From NCBI GenBank assembly GCA_949286885.1, contig CASEEG010000125.1:123-64122 (forward strand): 64,000 nt of DNA. Reading direction: 5' to 3'. The notes under the pieces are model-generated. The model was not told the origin of the DNA, did no database searches, and saw only the letters and a program-made list of their open reading frames with translations. The position numbers were made by a program, and so were the translations under genes. Of the stretch, positions 29,954 to 39,259 are shown piece by piece. The DNA comes from an uncultured bacterium (GTDB lineage: Bacteria > Cyanobacteriota > Vampirovibrionia > Gastranaerophilales > Gastranaerophilaceae). Position 1 is the first letter of the stretch; the number at the start of each line of letters is the position of its first letter.

Positions 29954-30481
29954 ATGTCAGATAACAAATTAAAAATTTTAATTGATGAAAAAACTCTTGT
30001 TATGAGAATTAAGGAACTGGCAGATGATATAAATAAATTTTATGGAACTGATGATGAACTAACGATTGTCTGTGTTTTAAAAGGTGCTGTCATGTTTTTT
30101 TGCGAGTTGGCAAAATATTTAAAAATGCCAATTAGGATGGAATTTGTCGGTCTTTCAAGTTACGGTGAGGCAAAAAAGTCATCCGGCAAGGTTTCGGCAT
30201 TGAATTTGTCATTGCCGCCATTAGAAGGAAAGAATGTTTTGGTGGTTGAAGACATAATGGATACAGGGTTAACTCTTAATTTTTTGCTTGATTTTATGCG
30301 TTCAAATTGTAGGGCAAAAGATGTAAAACTTGCTGTAATGTTTGATAAAAAGTGTGCGCGCAAATACCCTTTAGCTCCGGATTTCTGTGCATTTGACGTG
30401 GATGATAAATTTATTGTGGGGTTCGGTTTGGATTATTCGGAACTATATCGAAATTTGCCTTTTATTGGCTATTATGAGTAG
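29954..30481 (+). CDS. hpt: hypoxanthine phosphoribosyltransferase
   Basis: PRPP motif VLVVEDIMDTGLT and GFGLDY. ATG at 29954 follows a GGAG SD and the tilS stop. Confidence 0.92.
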   Translation: MSDNKLKILIDEKTLVMRIKELADDINKFYGTDDELTIVCVLKGAVMFFCELAKYLKMPIRMEFVGLSSYGEAKKSSGKVSALNLSLPPLEGKNVLVVEDIMDTGLTLNFLLDFMRSNCRAKDVKLAVMFDKKCARKYPLAPDFCAFDVDDKFIVGFGLDYSELYRNLPFIGYYE

Positions 30482-31011
30482 AAGAAAAATCTTGAAATTG
30501 CAACTGCGCATATAATGCCTGTAATGTCTGCTAAAATTCCCGTCAGTACTGCGTGTCTGAATTTTTTTATACCTACGGCACCAAAATATACCGCAATTAC
30601 ATAAAATGTAGTTTCAGAGCTGCCTGCAATTATGGCACTTAATTTTGCCGCATAAGAGTCGGCGCCATGGGTATTAACAATTTCGCTAAAAATTCCCAAT
30701 GTTGCACTGCCGGAAAGCGAGCGAGTTACCATAAGCGCAAGAGTATCTGCCGGAATTTTTAAAAACTCAAGCGGGGTTTTGAACAAATTGTATAAAAATT
30801 CCAAGGCACCTGATGCTCTAAACATTGATACTGCGACCATTATAGCTATAAGATAAGGTAGAATTTTTATTGCTACCCAAAAGCCTTCCTTTGCGCCGTC
30901 ACAAAATTGTTCGTATAGTGGAACTTTTTTACATATTCCATGCAACAAAATTGCACTTATAATAAAAGGTAAAATCCATATAGAAATTGTATTTAGTATT
31001 TCCCTCATCAA
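30472..31011 (-). CDS. spmB: spore maturation protein B-like / nucleoside-recognition (Gate) domain membrane protein
   Basis: SpmB-like sequence (SGSATLGIFSE, AGSSETTFYVIAVYFGAVGI), paired with spmA upstream. Confidence 0.8.
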   Translation of the reverse strand: MMREILNTISIWILPFIISAILLHGICKKVPLYEQFCDGAKEGFWVAIKILPYLIAIMVAVSMFRASGALEFLYNLFKTPLEFLKIPADTLALMVTRSLSGSATLGIFSEIVNTHGADSYAAKLSAIIAGSSETTFYVIAVYFGAVGIKKFRHAVLTGILADITGIICAVAISRFFFYS

Positions 31012-31583
31012 AATACCTTCTCGAGAGTTTTTGATATTATAATCGCACTAAAAAATGATATAGTCGTAACAATTAAAACAGGTAATATTATTTCTGCAGG
31101 ATTATGTGCACCTGCTGCACTCAAAACCGCCAATACGGATGTTGGAACAAGTTGAAAACCTGCCGTATTCATTGCAAGCAGAGTGCACATTGAATTTGTT
31201 GCGGTTTCTTTGTCTTTGATATTTTCTTTTTGCAAGTCTTGCATTGCTTTTATGCCAAAAGGAGTTGCAGCATTTGCAAGCCCTAAAGCATTTGCACTAA
31301 AATTAAGCGCTATATTTGAAAATGCATCTGAATCCTTTTTTATATCTTTAAAAACAATTTGCATTAATGGTGCAATAATTTTTGAGAATGTCTTGATTAA
31401 TCCGGATGTTTTGGCAATTTTAACTATTCCGAGCCAGAACGACATAATACCAATTAATGAAAAAGCTACTAAAACTGCTTGTTGTGATGATTTTAACATT
31501 GCATCGACAACATCTGCCATCGTTGCGTTAATTGCAGCAAAAATAAATGATGTAATAATTAAAAACAGCCAAATATAGTTCAT
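31008..31583 (-). CDS. spmA: spore maturation protein A-like / nucleoside-recognition domain membrane protein
   Basis: SpmA-like sequence (MNYIWLFLI..., ANALGLANAATPFGIKAM). It overlaps spmB by 4 nt. Confidence 0.8.
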   Translation of the reverse strand: MNYIWLFLIITSFIFAAINATMADVVDAMLKSSQQAVLVAFSLIGIMSFWLGIVKIAKTSGLIKTFSKIIAPLMQIVFKDIKKDSDAFSNIALNFSANALGLANAATPFGIKAMQDLQKENIKDKETATNSMCTLLAMNTAGFQLVPTSVLAVLSAAGAHNPAEIILPVLIVTTISFFSAIIISKTLEKVF

Positions 31584-31584
31584 T

Positions 31585-32220
31585 TTATCCGCGCAATTGG
31601 TTTATAAAGTAAGATTCACCATCAGCACTTAGGGTGTATTTGAGTGAGCCGTTTTCTTCAACTGTGTCAATAAAACCTCTCATTCTTGCTTCATCAACTA
31701 TTGATAAATCAATTAATTTACCGGTGGCTGGATAGAATTTAGAATTTAAAGTCTTAACACTATACGTGGTTATATTAAGTATCCTTTTAAAATAATATGC
31801 ACATATTACAAATTCCGAGAAAATATCCGTACTTTTGTTGGAATTTATAAAGTCCTCAAGACTTATATACGCCTCCTGTACAGGTTTCACCACATTATTT
31901 GCAATGTCCTTAACAGTATTATCTTGCTGATATTGAGGTTGTTGAACAATAGTCTGCTCTTGTTGCACAGGCTGCTGATATTGAGGTGCTACCAAATTTT
32001 GCGTCTCTTGTTTTGCTTGTAAATTAACACTTTCTGTGTAATTAAATTGCTCTTTCTGCTTTGAAATTCTTGTCTGTGTAATATATGGTGCGCTCTCAAT
32101 TTTTCTGTTTAAGAAGCACTCAAGATATCTATCAAGCTCATATGCCAATAAAGACCCATCTTTTGCACAAACCTCCAGTTGAGCATTGTTGCATTTAATT
32201 TTTAATCGATATGTACTCAT
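31585..32220 (-). CDS. hypothetical protein (211 aa) with a Gln-rich linker and a winged-helix-like C-terminus
   Basis: Intact ORF abutting spmA. No family recognised. Confidence 0.6.
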   Translation of the reverse strand: MSTYRLKIKCNNAQLEVCAKDGSLLAYELDRYLECFLNRKIESAPYITQTRISKQKEQFNYTESVNLQAKQETQNLVAPQYQQPVQQEQTIVQQPQYQQDNTVKDIANNVVKPVQEAYISLEDFINSNKSTDIFSEFVICAYYFKRILNITTYSVKTLNSKFYPATGKLIDLSIVDEARMRGFIDTVEENGSLKYTLSADGESYFINQLRG

Positions 32221-32224
32221 TTAA

Positions 32225-32350
32225 TTAACCTTGTTTTTTAAGTATTTCTTCACGCCACTTTGCAAGCTGCTGTTCTACAAACTCAGCATCATCAGAAGAA
32301 AGTTCTATTTCTATTTCGCCCTTTTTCATTTTAAAAACGTATTCTGCCAT
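32225..32350 (-). CDS. small ORF (41 aa), not in the ORF track
   Basis: ATG at 32350 preceded by AGAGGA about 8 nt upstream. It reads MAEYVFKMKKGEIEIELSSDDAEFVEQQLAKWREEILKKQG to TAA at 32225-32227, 4 nt before the next start. It resembles the N-terminus of the 211-aa protein. Confidence 0.45.
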   Translation of the reverse strand: MAEYVFKMKKGEIEIELSSDDAEFVEQQLAKWREEILKKQG

Positions 32351-32551
32351 GTTTAATTCCTCTTTTTTATATTATTATGATATATTTTTTTTCAAACAAC
32401 AAATATTTTAACAAAAATTTATATCTTTGCTTGAAATTAAGTCAAAAATAATTAAAACTGTTAGTGTAATTCGGTCGTTTGAATGAATACTCTTTTTTAT
32501 TCCTCTATTATACTAAATATGGGAGTATCAGGGTAGAATCGGGGATATATT

Positions 32552-34177
32552 TTGTACAATTCAATTCACCCAATAAATATTACATATAGAAACCCAAGAC
32601 AGTCAGGTTCGCTGTCAAATCCTGATGCTCAAAATTATGAACAAACGCCCATATCTTACGAAAATGGAAGCAACGGTAACGATAACAGGCAATTCCCAAA
32701 CGGCACAAAAGTTGCCATTGATTATACAAAAAATACGGTAAATATATCCCAAATCGTAACCGATTTTAAAAGTACGGTTATTGCAATAGGTGCGCCTGAT
32801 GATATTTCCGATGAGGTTAATTCCTATCTTTCACTTGTTGAAAAAGAATCTCAAAAAGCAAATCCTTCAAGAGAGATAATATTCTCCAATCTTATTAACG
32901 CGTCTAAGATTTCTGACGCTTATATCCACCAAGAGTTATCCAAAAAAAACGGTAATGCCCCTAAAAATGTTGTTGAAGGCTGGATTGATGCTTTATTTAA
33001 GCAAAAAGTAGAGCTAAAAGCAGATGCTACTCATATCAACCCTGATTTTCAGCTTGATATCCCCGATAAAAAAAGAGCCAAACAGCCCCAACAAACACAA
33101 AAAGAGCCTGCAAGCAATCAGGATGAATTCCAAAAAGCACAACCATTTGCTAGGGAAATTCCAAAAGAGGACGCACTGCACAGTATGCCAGAAAGTGACA
33201 CCGTTCTTGATATTAAACCGGAATCTGTTTTTGATGAACAGGCTCAAGTTGAACAACAAACTTCTTTTATACACCCGCAAAAAATAAAAAACGATGACAC
33301 TATTGAATTTCGTGTGATCGAGCCTGCAAATACTCAAATTCAAACACAAGATATCCAACCTCAAGACCCCGAACCTGCACTCACAGAAGAACAATCTAGA
33401 CAAAACAAGCCGATTTATATATCAAGCGAGTATGACAGAGTACTATCCGGTGCCCTAAAAGATGCAAAAACATATTTAACACTTGATGATGACCCAGCGC
33501 TTGCCCTTGAAACCCTTAATAATGCGTTGGGTGAAGCAAATTCCGAAACAAATGAAAACTTACGTGCCGCATTGCACTTTGAGCGCGGAAAGATTTTTGA
33601 TGATTATGATTATGTAAATTACGCCTTGAGAGATTATTATGAAGCCACAAAGTGCAATGATGACAATTTGAAATCTCAAGCCCATTTAAGAATGGCAAGA
33701 ATTTATGATGATTATGTTGATTTTGAACCTGCACTTGACCATTATCAAGATGCCGTTGCATATAGCGGAGAAGCCAGCAACTTACGTGCGCAAGCAAAGA
33801 TTTTAACCGAAATGTCTTCAATGTTTGCAGACAGATATGACCTTGACAGTACTCAAATGCTGGCAGATCTTTCACTCGATGCTGCCAGAGAAACCGGTGA
33901 TATGATGTTGCTTTCAAAAACTTATTCGACAGCAGGAAGAAATTATGAATACTTGGGCGAAGACTTTGCCGCGCTAGATAGCTATAAAAATGCCACAAAG
34001 GCAATTAGTGCACTGGATGACGATTATGAAACCTGCAAAATGCGTGCACAATATTATGAGGATGCTGCAAATATAATGGATAGACTTGGCAATGTTGCTA
34101 AATCAGAGAATCTATTATCAAAAGCTCGTCTGTATCGTCAAAGAGCGCAGCTTGGGCAGCTGTCCGAGGCAGTATAA
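32552..34177 (+). CDS. hypothetical protein with a TPR-like helical C-terminal half (541 aa)
   Basis: Long intact ORF with a TTG start in the track. The C-terminal part has TPR-like A..Y..A periodicity. Confidence 0.65.
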   Translation: MYNSIHPINITYRNPRQSGSLSNPDAQNYEQTPISYENGSNGNDNRQFPNGTKVAIDYTKNTVNISQIVTDFKSTVIAIGAPDDISDEVNSYLSLVEKESQKANPSREIIFSNLINASKISDAYIHQELSKKNGNAPKNVVEGWIDALFKQKVELKADATHINPDFQLDIPDKKRAKQPQQTQKEPASNQDEFQKAQPFAREIPKEDALHSMPESDTVLDIKPESVFDEQAQVEQQTSFIHPQKIKNDDTIEFRVIEPANTQIQTQDIQPQDPEPALTEEQSRQNKPIYISSEYDRVLSGALKDAKTYLTLDDDPALALETLNNALGEANSETNENLRAALHFERGKIFDDYDYVNYALRDYYEATKCNDDNLKSQAHLRMARIYDDYVDFEPALDHYQDAVAYSGEASNLRAQAKILTEMSSMFADRYDLDSTQMLADLSLDAARETGDMMLLSKTYSTAGRNYEYLGEDFAALDSYKNATKAISALDDDYETCKMRAQYYEDAANIMDRLGNVAKSENLLSKARLYRQRAQLGQLSEAV

Positions 34178-35162
34178 GGTTAATCTTTGAATTTTTTACC
34201 TTTTTGTCTGATTTCATAATTTCAATAACTTTAGCTGAGTTTAATTTTTCAATTTTCGGCGCAAGGTTGAATTTGTCTATCAGGTTAATTCCATAATCGT
34301 AATAATTTTGGTTAATTACGCCTTTTAGTAATGATGCCTTAAGTGCCATTTTAATACCAGCGGCAACTGCTTGCCCATGCGCAATTTTATAGTTTGAAAT
34401 TGTCTCTATGGCATGTGCGTAGGTGTGCCCCAGATTTAAAATTGCTCTTAAACCGTTTTCTTTTTCATCTTGCTCAACAACTGCCGCTTTTAAACTTACG
34501 CATGCGTAGATAATGTCTTCAATTTTATTTTTAATTTCATCAGGATTTATATTTTCAAAAAGCTTAAAAAGGTTAAAATATTCTTTTGCATTACAGCTTT
34601 TTTCAATGAATGCATATTTTATAACTTCACCCATACCGCATTGAAAGTCTTTATCAGATAATGTGTTTAAGACATTAGTATCTATTAAAACTTTTTTTGG
34701 TTGATAAAACGCGCCGATTAAATTTTTGCCATGTTTATTATTAAAGCCTGTTTTGCCACCTACCGAGGAGTCGACTTGCGACAACAGGGTAGTTGGTATT
34801 TGGATAAAATTAACGCCTCTTAATACACTGGAAGCGCAAAATCCCGACATATCTCCGATTACACCGCCGCCAAAAGCTACGATACAGTCTTTTCGCTCTA
34901 TTTTATTATCAAGTAATTTGTTTAGAATAAACTCGATTGTTTTTAAATTTTTATATTTTTCACCGTCTTTAATGATTATTATGCGATTTTTATCAAATTT
35001 AGATAAAAAATCATTGTATATCTTCGCGATTTTATCGTTAGTAATAAGAAAATATCTTTTGTCTTCAAATTGATTTTCAATATTATCTAAAATCCCGCGT
35101 TCTATTATAATCGGATATGTTAAATCAATTTCATTTTTTAGATTAACGCACAAGTTTTTCAT
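34098..35162 (-). CDS. aroB: 3-dehydroquinate synthase
   Basis: GGGVIGDMSGFCAS, VDSSVGGKTG and NLGHTYAHAIE. ATG at 35162 follows an AGGAGA SD and is preferred to the TTG at 35177. Confidence 0.92.
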   Translation of the reverse strand: MKNLCVNLKNEIDLTYPIIIERGILDNIENQFEDKRYFLITNDKIAKIYNDFLSKFDKNRIIIIKDGEKYKNLKTIEFILNKLLDNKIERKDCIVAFGGGVIGDMSGFCASSVLRGVNFIQIPTTLLSQVDSSVGGKTGFNNKHGKNLIGAFYQPKKVLIDTNVLNTLSDKDFQCGMGEVIKYAFIEKSCNAKEYFNLFKLFENINPDEIKNKIEDIIYACVSLKAAVVEQDEKENGLRAILNLGHTYAHAIETISNYKIAHGQAVAAGIKMALKASLLKGVINQNYYDYGINLIDKFNLAPKIEKLNSAKVIEIMKSDKKVKNSKINLILPRTAAQAALFDDTDELLIIDSLI

Positions 35163-35654
35163 AAATTTCTCCTGCAATTTCTTTTGTGCTTTTGTTATCG
35201 GTTATAATTTTTTCGCCCGATTTTTCGTATTGTTCAAGTCTTTTATTTAAAATTTCTTCTATGCTTTTTTTGGATTTTTTGTGTTTAAAAGTGGTCTGTG
35301 GTTTTGATTTTTAATACGTCCATATATTGTTTCGCTTTTTGCGCTAAGATAAAATACCTGACCTATTTTTTTTAAAATTTCAATATTTTCATCTTTTAAA
35401 ATAATTCCGCCGCCTGTTGAGAGGACAAATTTCTCTTTTTCTTTTAGGTTTTTAAGTTCTTGAGTTTCTGCTTCTCTAAAATATGCTTCGCCTTTTTGTG
35501 CAAAAATGTCAGATATTTTTCCGTATTTTTTTTCTATAATTTCATCTAAATCAATAAAATTGCAATTAAGCAAAGCCGCAAGTTCTTTGCCCACAGTTGT
35601 TTTCCCCGAACCCATCATCCCGGTTAAAATTATATTTTTATATTTTTTTTGCAT
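35143..35654 (-). CDS. aroK: shikimate kinase with its reading frame interrupted at an A7 run (uninterrupted ORF is 35259..35654 only)
   Basis: Walker A GMMGSGKTTVG, STGGG and RPLL. The conserved C-terminal 40 aa (SIEEILNKRLEQYEKSGEKIITDNKSTKEIAGEIYEKLVR) continues in the -1 frame after the A run at 35265-35271 and ends at TAA 35143-35145. Confidence 0.85.
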
Positions 35655-36744
35655 TGTTTTGAAAGTTCTTTTTGATTTCATCGTAATTATCGCAGCCGAA
35701 TTTTTCAAAAAATACATCCAAAATTACAACTGCACACATGTTTTTAACTACAACTGCGCAAGCATGTACAGCACAGGTGTCTGCACGTTCAAAATGCGCT
35801 TCTACTTGTTCTTTTGTATTTATATTAATTGATTTTAGGGATTTTTTCATTGTAGGAATCGGCTTCATTGTTGCCGTAATTACCACGTCTTCACCGTTTG
35901 TCATGCCGCCTTCAATGCCGCCTGAATTATTTGTTTTTCTTAAAATTCTCTCGTTTTCATCTAGAAAGATTTCATCGTGTACAAGGGAGCCGAATTTATC
36001 TGAGCATTTTGCTCCAAGCCCTATTTCGACACTTTTTATAGCGGGAACGCTCATAACTGCTTGAGCAAGTCTACCATCAAGCCTTCTGTCCCAATGCACA
36101 AAGCTGCCAAGACCTATTGGCAGATTTTTTATTGTAATTTTAACTTTACCACCTAAGCTTTCGCCAAGTTCTTGAGCTTCTTTGACTTTTGCTTCAAATT
36201 TTTCAGGGTCTTCTTCTCCGCCAAGACTTATAACTTCGGATGTAAATTCAATATCAAAGTTTTTAAGAATATTTTGACAAATTGCACCCAGTGCAACTCG
36301 AGTTGTTGTTTCCCTTGCGCTTGAACGCTCTAAAATATTCCTTATATCTTTTTGATTATATTTTATAGCACCTGCAAAATCAGCATGTCCTGGGCGTACA
36401 TTTTCAATTTCTTTTGATTTTAAAAGTTCTTTTTCTTCTGTTGTGAGCATGTCTATATTTAATCTTTCAACACTCATAGGAATAAGCCAATTTTTATAGT
36501 CTCGGTTGTTTATTTGAATACAAATTGGTGCACCTGTTGTTTTTGCAAATCTTACACCCGAGTTAAAGTGAATTAAATCGGTTTCAATTTTCATTCTGCC
36601 GCCACGCCCTATGCCGCCTTGACGAGCCTTTAATTCTGAATTTATAAAATCAAAATCAAGTTCAAAATTCGCGCCAATGCCTTCTATTATTGCATTTAAG
36701 CATTCACCATGTGATTCACCCGATGTTAAAAAGCGTATTGACAT
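35638..36744 (-). CDS. aroC: chorismate synthase
   Basis: FLTSGESHG, RPGHADF and GRSSARETT-like motifs (ERSSARETTTRVA). Confidence 0.95.
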   Translation of the reverse strand: MSIRFLTSGESHGECLNAIIEGIGANFELDFDFINSELKARQGGIGRGGRMKIETDLIHFNSGVRFAKTTGAPICIQINNRDYKNWLIPMSVERLNIDMLTTEEKELLKSKEIENVRPGHADFAGAIKYNQKDIRNILERSSARETTTRVALGAICQNILKNFDIEFTSEVISLGGEEDPEKFEAKVKEAQELGESLGGKVKITIKNLPIGLGSFVHWDRRLDGRLAQAVMSVPAIKSVEIGLGAKCSDKFGSLVHDEIFLDENERILRKTNNSGGIEGGMTNGEDVVITATMKPIPTMKKSLKSININTKEQVEAHFERADTCAVHACAVVVKNMCAVVILDVFFEKFGCDNYDEIKKNFQNNAKKI

Positions 36745-36753
36745 TTTTTCTCC

Positions 36754-37491
36754 TTATATATATGCCCAAGGTACTTGTTCGTGCGCTATTATTGTCTCTA
36801 CACCGGTTTTAGCTATTAAGCCTTGAATTAGCGGTAAAACCGGCAGTTCTGATTCAAAGTGACCAATATCAGCCACTGCAAACCCCTCAACCTCAAGTGC
36901 CGAGTGGAATTTTATGTCACCTGTAATATAAAGGTCTACATCGTAGTCATTTAGTGTTTCAATGTGACTTCCGCCACCGCCTGCGCATATTGCAACATTT
37001 CTAACAGTTTGAACGTTCGAGGGATTGATTAGTTTTATTCTTTCGGAATTTAGGGATTGTTTTATTCCTAAAACAAACTCATCAAGTGCAATTTCATCTT
37101 TCAGATGTGAAATTTTGATGTAATCGTTTACTGTTATAAGATTTTTTAAACCTAAAACCCCACAAAGAGCGTCAGTTGTCGAGCCGTATGTTTTGTCCAA
37201 ATTTGTATGTGCACTGTATACACAAATATTGTGTTTTATAGCTTGAATTAATATGTTGTTATCGATTTTATTTAATTTGTGAAAAATCGGAGGATGATGC
37301 GTAATAATAAGGTCGCAATCATTTGTTATTGCTTGTTCAAGCACTTCTTTAGTGAATGAAAGCGCTACAAGTACGCGATTTGTGTAATCGTGGTGCAAAT
37401 TAATTTGCCAGCCCGTATTATCCCAGCTTTCTGCTAAATCGGGAGATGCATACTTTTCAATTTTTGAAATAATTTCTTCTGTTTTAATCAT
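36754..37491 (-). CDS. NIF3-family dinuclear metal centre protein (YqfO/YbgI-like)
   Basis: ESWDNTGWQI, ITHHPPIF and YSAHTNLD motifs. Confidence 0.88.
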   Translation of the reverse strand: MIKTEEIISKIEKYASPDLAESWDNTGWQINLHHDYTNRVLVALSFTKEVLEQAITNDCDLIITHHPPIFHKLNKIDNNILIQAIKHNICVYSAHTNLDKTYGSTTDALCGVLGLKNLITVNDYIKISHLKDEIALDEFVLGIKQSLNSERIKLINPSNVQTVRNVAICAGGGGSHIETLNDYDVDLYITGDIKFHSALEVEGFAVADIGHFESELPVLPLIQGLIAKTGVETIIAHEQVPWAYI

Positions 37492-38647
37492 ATAATTTCT
37501 CCAAAATTGCGCGTGCTATATTTTCTTTGGTTGTTTTATCTATTTTTTGGATATTTTGTGCTTTGTCTATTATCCAAACTTCGTTTTCATCACTTCCAAG
37601 GGCTGTTTTAGCCTCGTTTGCAATTATTAAATCACACCCTTTTGATTTAATTTTTTCTTTTGCACTTTCTAAAACATTTTCGCTTGAGAGGCAAAAACCT
37701 ATTGCTGTTTGACTTTTACTTTTTTGTTCACACATTGTCTTTAGAATATCAGGGTTTTGCACAAGTTCAAGATTATATGTTTGCCCTGCTTTTTCCTTTG
37801 ATATTTTATTTTTTGAATAGTTTTTAACTCTGTAATCGCTAACTGCAGCTGCCATAATTAAAACATTAGCGTTGTTTTTTATAAAAGCTTGTTTTGTTTC
37901 ACTGAGCATTGTTTCTGTGTCTGGTGCAATTACGACTTTATAGGGTTTTATTGTTTTAAAAGTTGAAATAAGTGTTACATCAGCTCCCAATTCATAAGCA
38001 CAATCTGCAAGTGCTAAACCCATTTTGCCTGATGAAGAATTGGATATAAAACGAACAGGGTCGATTGCCTCTTTTGTTCCACCTGCTGTTATAACAATTT
38101 TTTTGCCTTTCAAACGATTATTTTTGCTAATTGAGTTATATATCTTATCCAGGGAACACAATCTGCCTTTATCGTTTGTACCGCAAGCAAGAAAGCCGCT
38201 TTCGGGTTCCAAAACTTCGCAACCGAAGTCCTTGAGTTTTTCAAGATTTTCCTGTACAAACGGGTTTTGCCACATGCCAGTATTCATTGCAGGAGCTATT
38301 ATTACAGGTTTTTTGTGTCCTAAATATGCGCAAAAAACGGAGGTTAAAAGGTTGTCGCATATACCAAGCGCCATTTTACTTAATGTATTAGCACTTAGCG
38401 GTGCAACAACAAAAGTATCCGCCCATTCGCACAGGCTAATGTGTTCTGTCTTATCTCTCGGGCTAAATTGTTCACAATATACACTGTTACAACTTAGTGT
38501 TTCAAGTGTAAGCGGCGTTACAAAGTTTTTTGCATCGGGTGTCATTACGACTTTGACGTTATAGTCTGATTTTTTGAACATTCTTATAAGTTCACAAATT
38601 TTATAGGCTGCAATGGATGAGGTTATGCCGATTAGAATATTTTTCAT
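37484..38647 (-). CDS. coaBC: bifunctional phosphopantothenoylcysteine decarboxylase / phosphopantothenate-cysteine ligase
   Basis: N-terminal flavoprotein domain (ILIGITSSIAAYK, PAMNTGMW) plus a C-terminal DFP domain (ITAGGTKEAIDPVRFISNSSSGKMG). Confidence 0.93.
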   Translation of the reverse strand: MKNILIGITSSIAAYKICELIRMFKKSDYNVKVVMTPDAKNFVTPLTLETLSCNSVYCEQFSPRDKTEHISLCEWADTFVVAPLSANTLSKMALGICDNLLTSVFCAYLGHKKPVIIAPAMNTGMWQNPFVQENLEKLKDFGCEVLEPESGFLACGTNDKGRLCSLDKIYNSISKNNRLKGKKIVITAGGTKEAIDPVRFISNSSSGKMGLALADCAYELGADVTLISTFKTIKPYKVVIAPDTETMLSETKQAFIKNNANVLIMAAAVSDYRVKNYSKNKISKEKAGQTYNLELVQNPDILKTMCEQKSKSQTAIGFCLSSENVLESAKEKIKSKGCDLIIANEAKTALGSDENEVWIIDKAQNIQKIDKTTKENIARAILEKLYD

Positions 38648-39216
38648 AGCGTCCTCTCATTTTCATATATATCTTGCAGCTGTTCAAAAGCTTTTTCTAC
38701 TTTATCATTTATTACTATGTATTTATAGTTTTTTGATTCTTCAAGCTCTTTTCTAACGACATTAAGGCGTTTTAAAATCATTTCTTCGGTTTCAGTTTTT
38801 CTGCCCCTCAAGCGTTTTTCAAGTTCGCTCATATTTGGCGGCATAATAAAAATTGAAACACAGTCAGGATATTGTTCCATAACTTTTTTAGCACCCTGAG
38901 TTTCTATTTCAAGGATGACATTTACCCCTTTTTTAAGTGAATTTAGGACAAATTCTTTTTTTGTGCCATAATAATTGTCTGAATACTTTGCCCACTCAAG
39001 AAATTCGTTATTTTTTATTTCGCGTTCAAATTCTTCTTTTGAAATAAAAAAGTAGTTAATTCCGTCTTTTTCTCCAAGGCGTGGTTTTCTTGTTGTTGCC
39101 GAGACAGAATATATTATATCTCCTTTATTTTTTTCAAAAAATTTATTGAGTACAGTCCCCTTGCCAACTCCTGATGGGCCTGTAATTACGTATAATTTCG
39201 CCTTTTTATCATTCAT
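38644..39216 (-). CDS. gmk: guanylate kinase
   Basis: GPSGVGKGT, TTRKPRLGEKDGINYFF and EWAKYSDNYYGT. Confidence 0.95.
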   Translation of the reverse strand: MNDKKAKLYVITGPSGVGKGTVLNKFFEKNKGDIIYSVSATTRKPRLGEKDGINYFFISKEEFEREIKNNEFLEWAKYSDNYYGTKKEFVLNSLKKGVNVILEIETQGAKKVMEQYPDCVSIFIMPPNMSELEKRLRGRKTETEEMILKRLNVVRKELEESKNYKYIVINDKVEKAFEQLQDIYENERTL

Positions 39217-39259
39217 AGAGGCTATTATACAACAGTTTTAAGTAGAAAAAAAGCGTTTG

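Noticed and set aside
38025-38564. 179-aa plus-strand ORF inside coaBC. Comparable antisense or alternative-frame ORFs lie inside the permeases (13310..13612, 13718..14191, 14441..14779), adhE (49047..49415), the MDR dehydrogenase (54768..55196), MATE (59877..60314), spmA (31183..31578), the TPR gene (21908..22270) and the 541-aa gene (33014..33403, 33516..34004).
   Set aside because: Each lies wholly within a gene with clear family motifs on the other strand or frame. None has a recognisable motif or ribosome-binding site. Such ORFs are expected by chance in AT-rich DNA.
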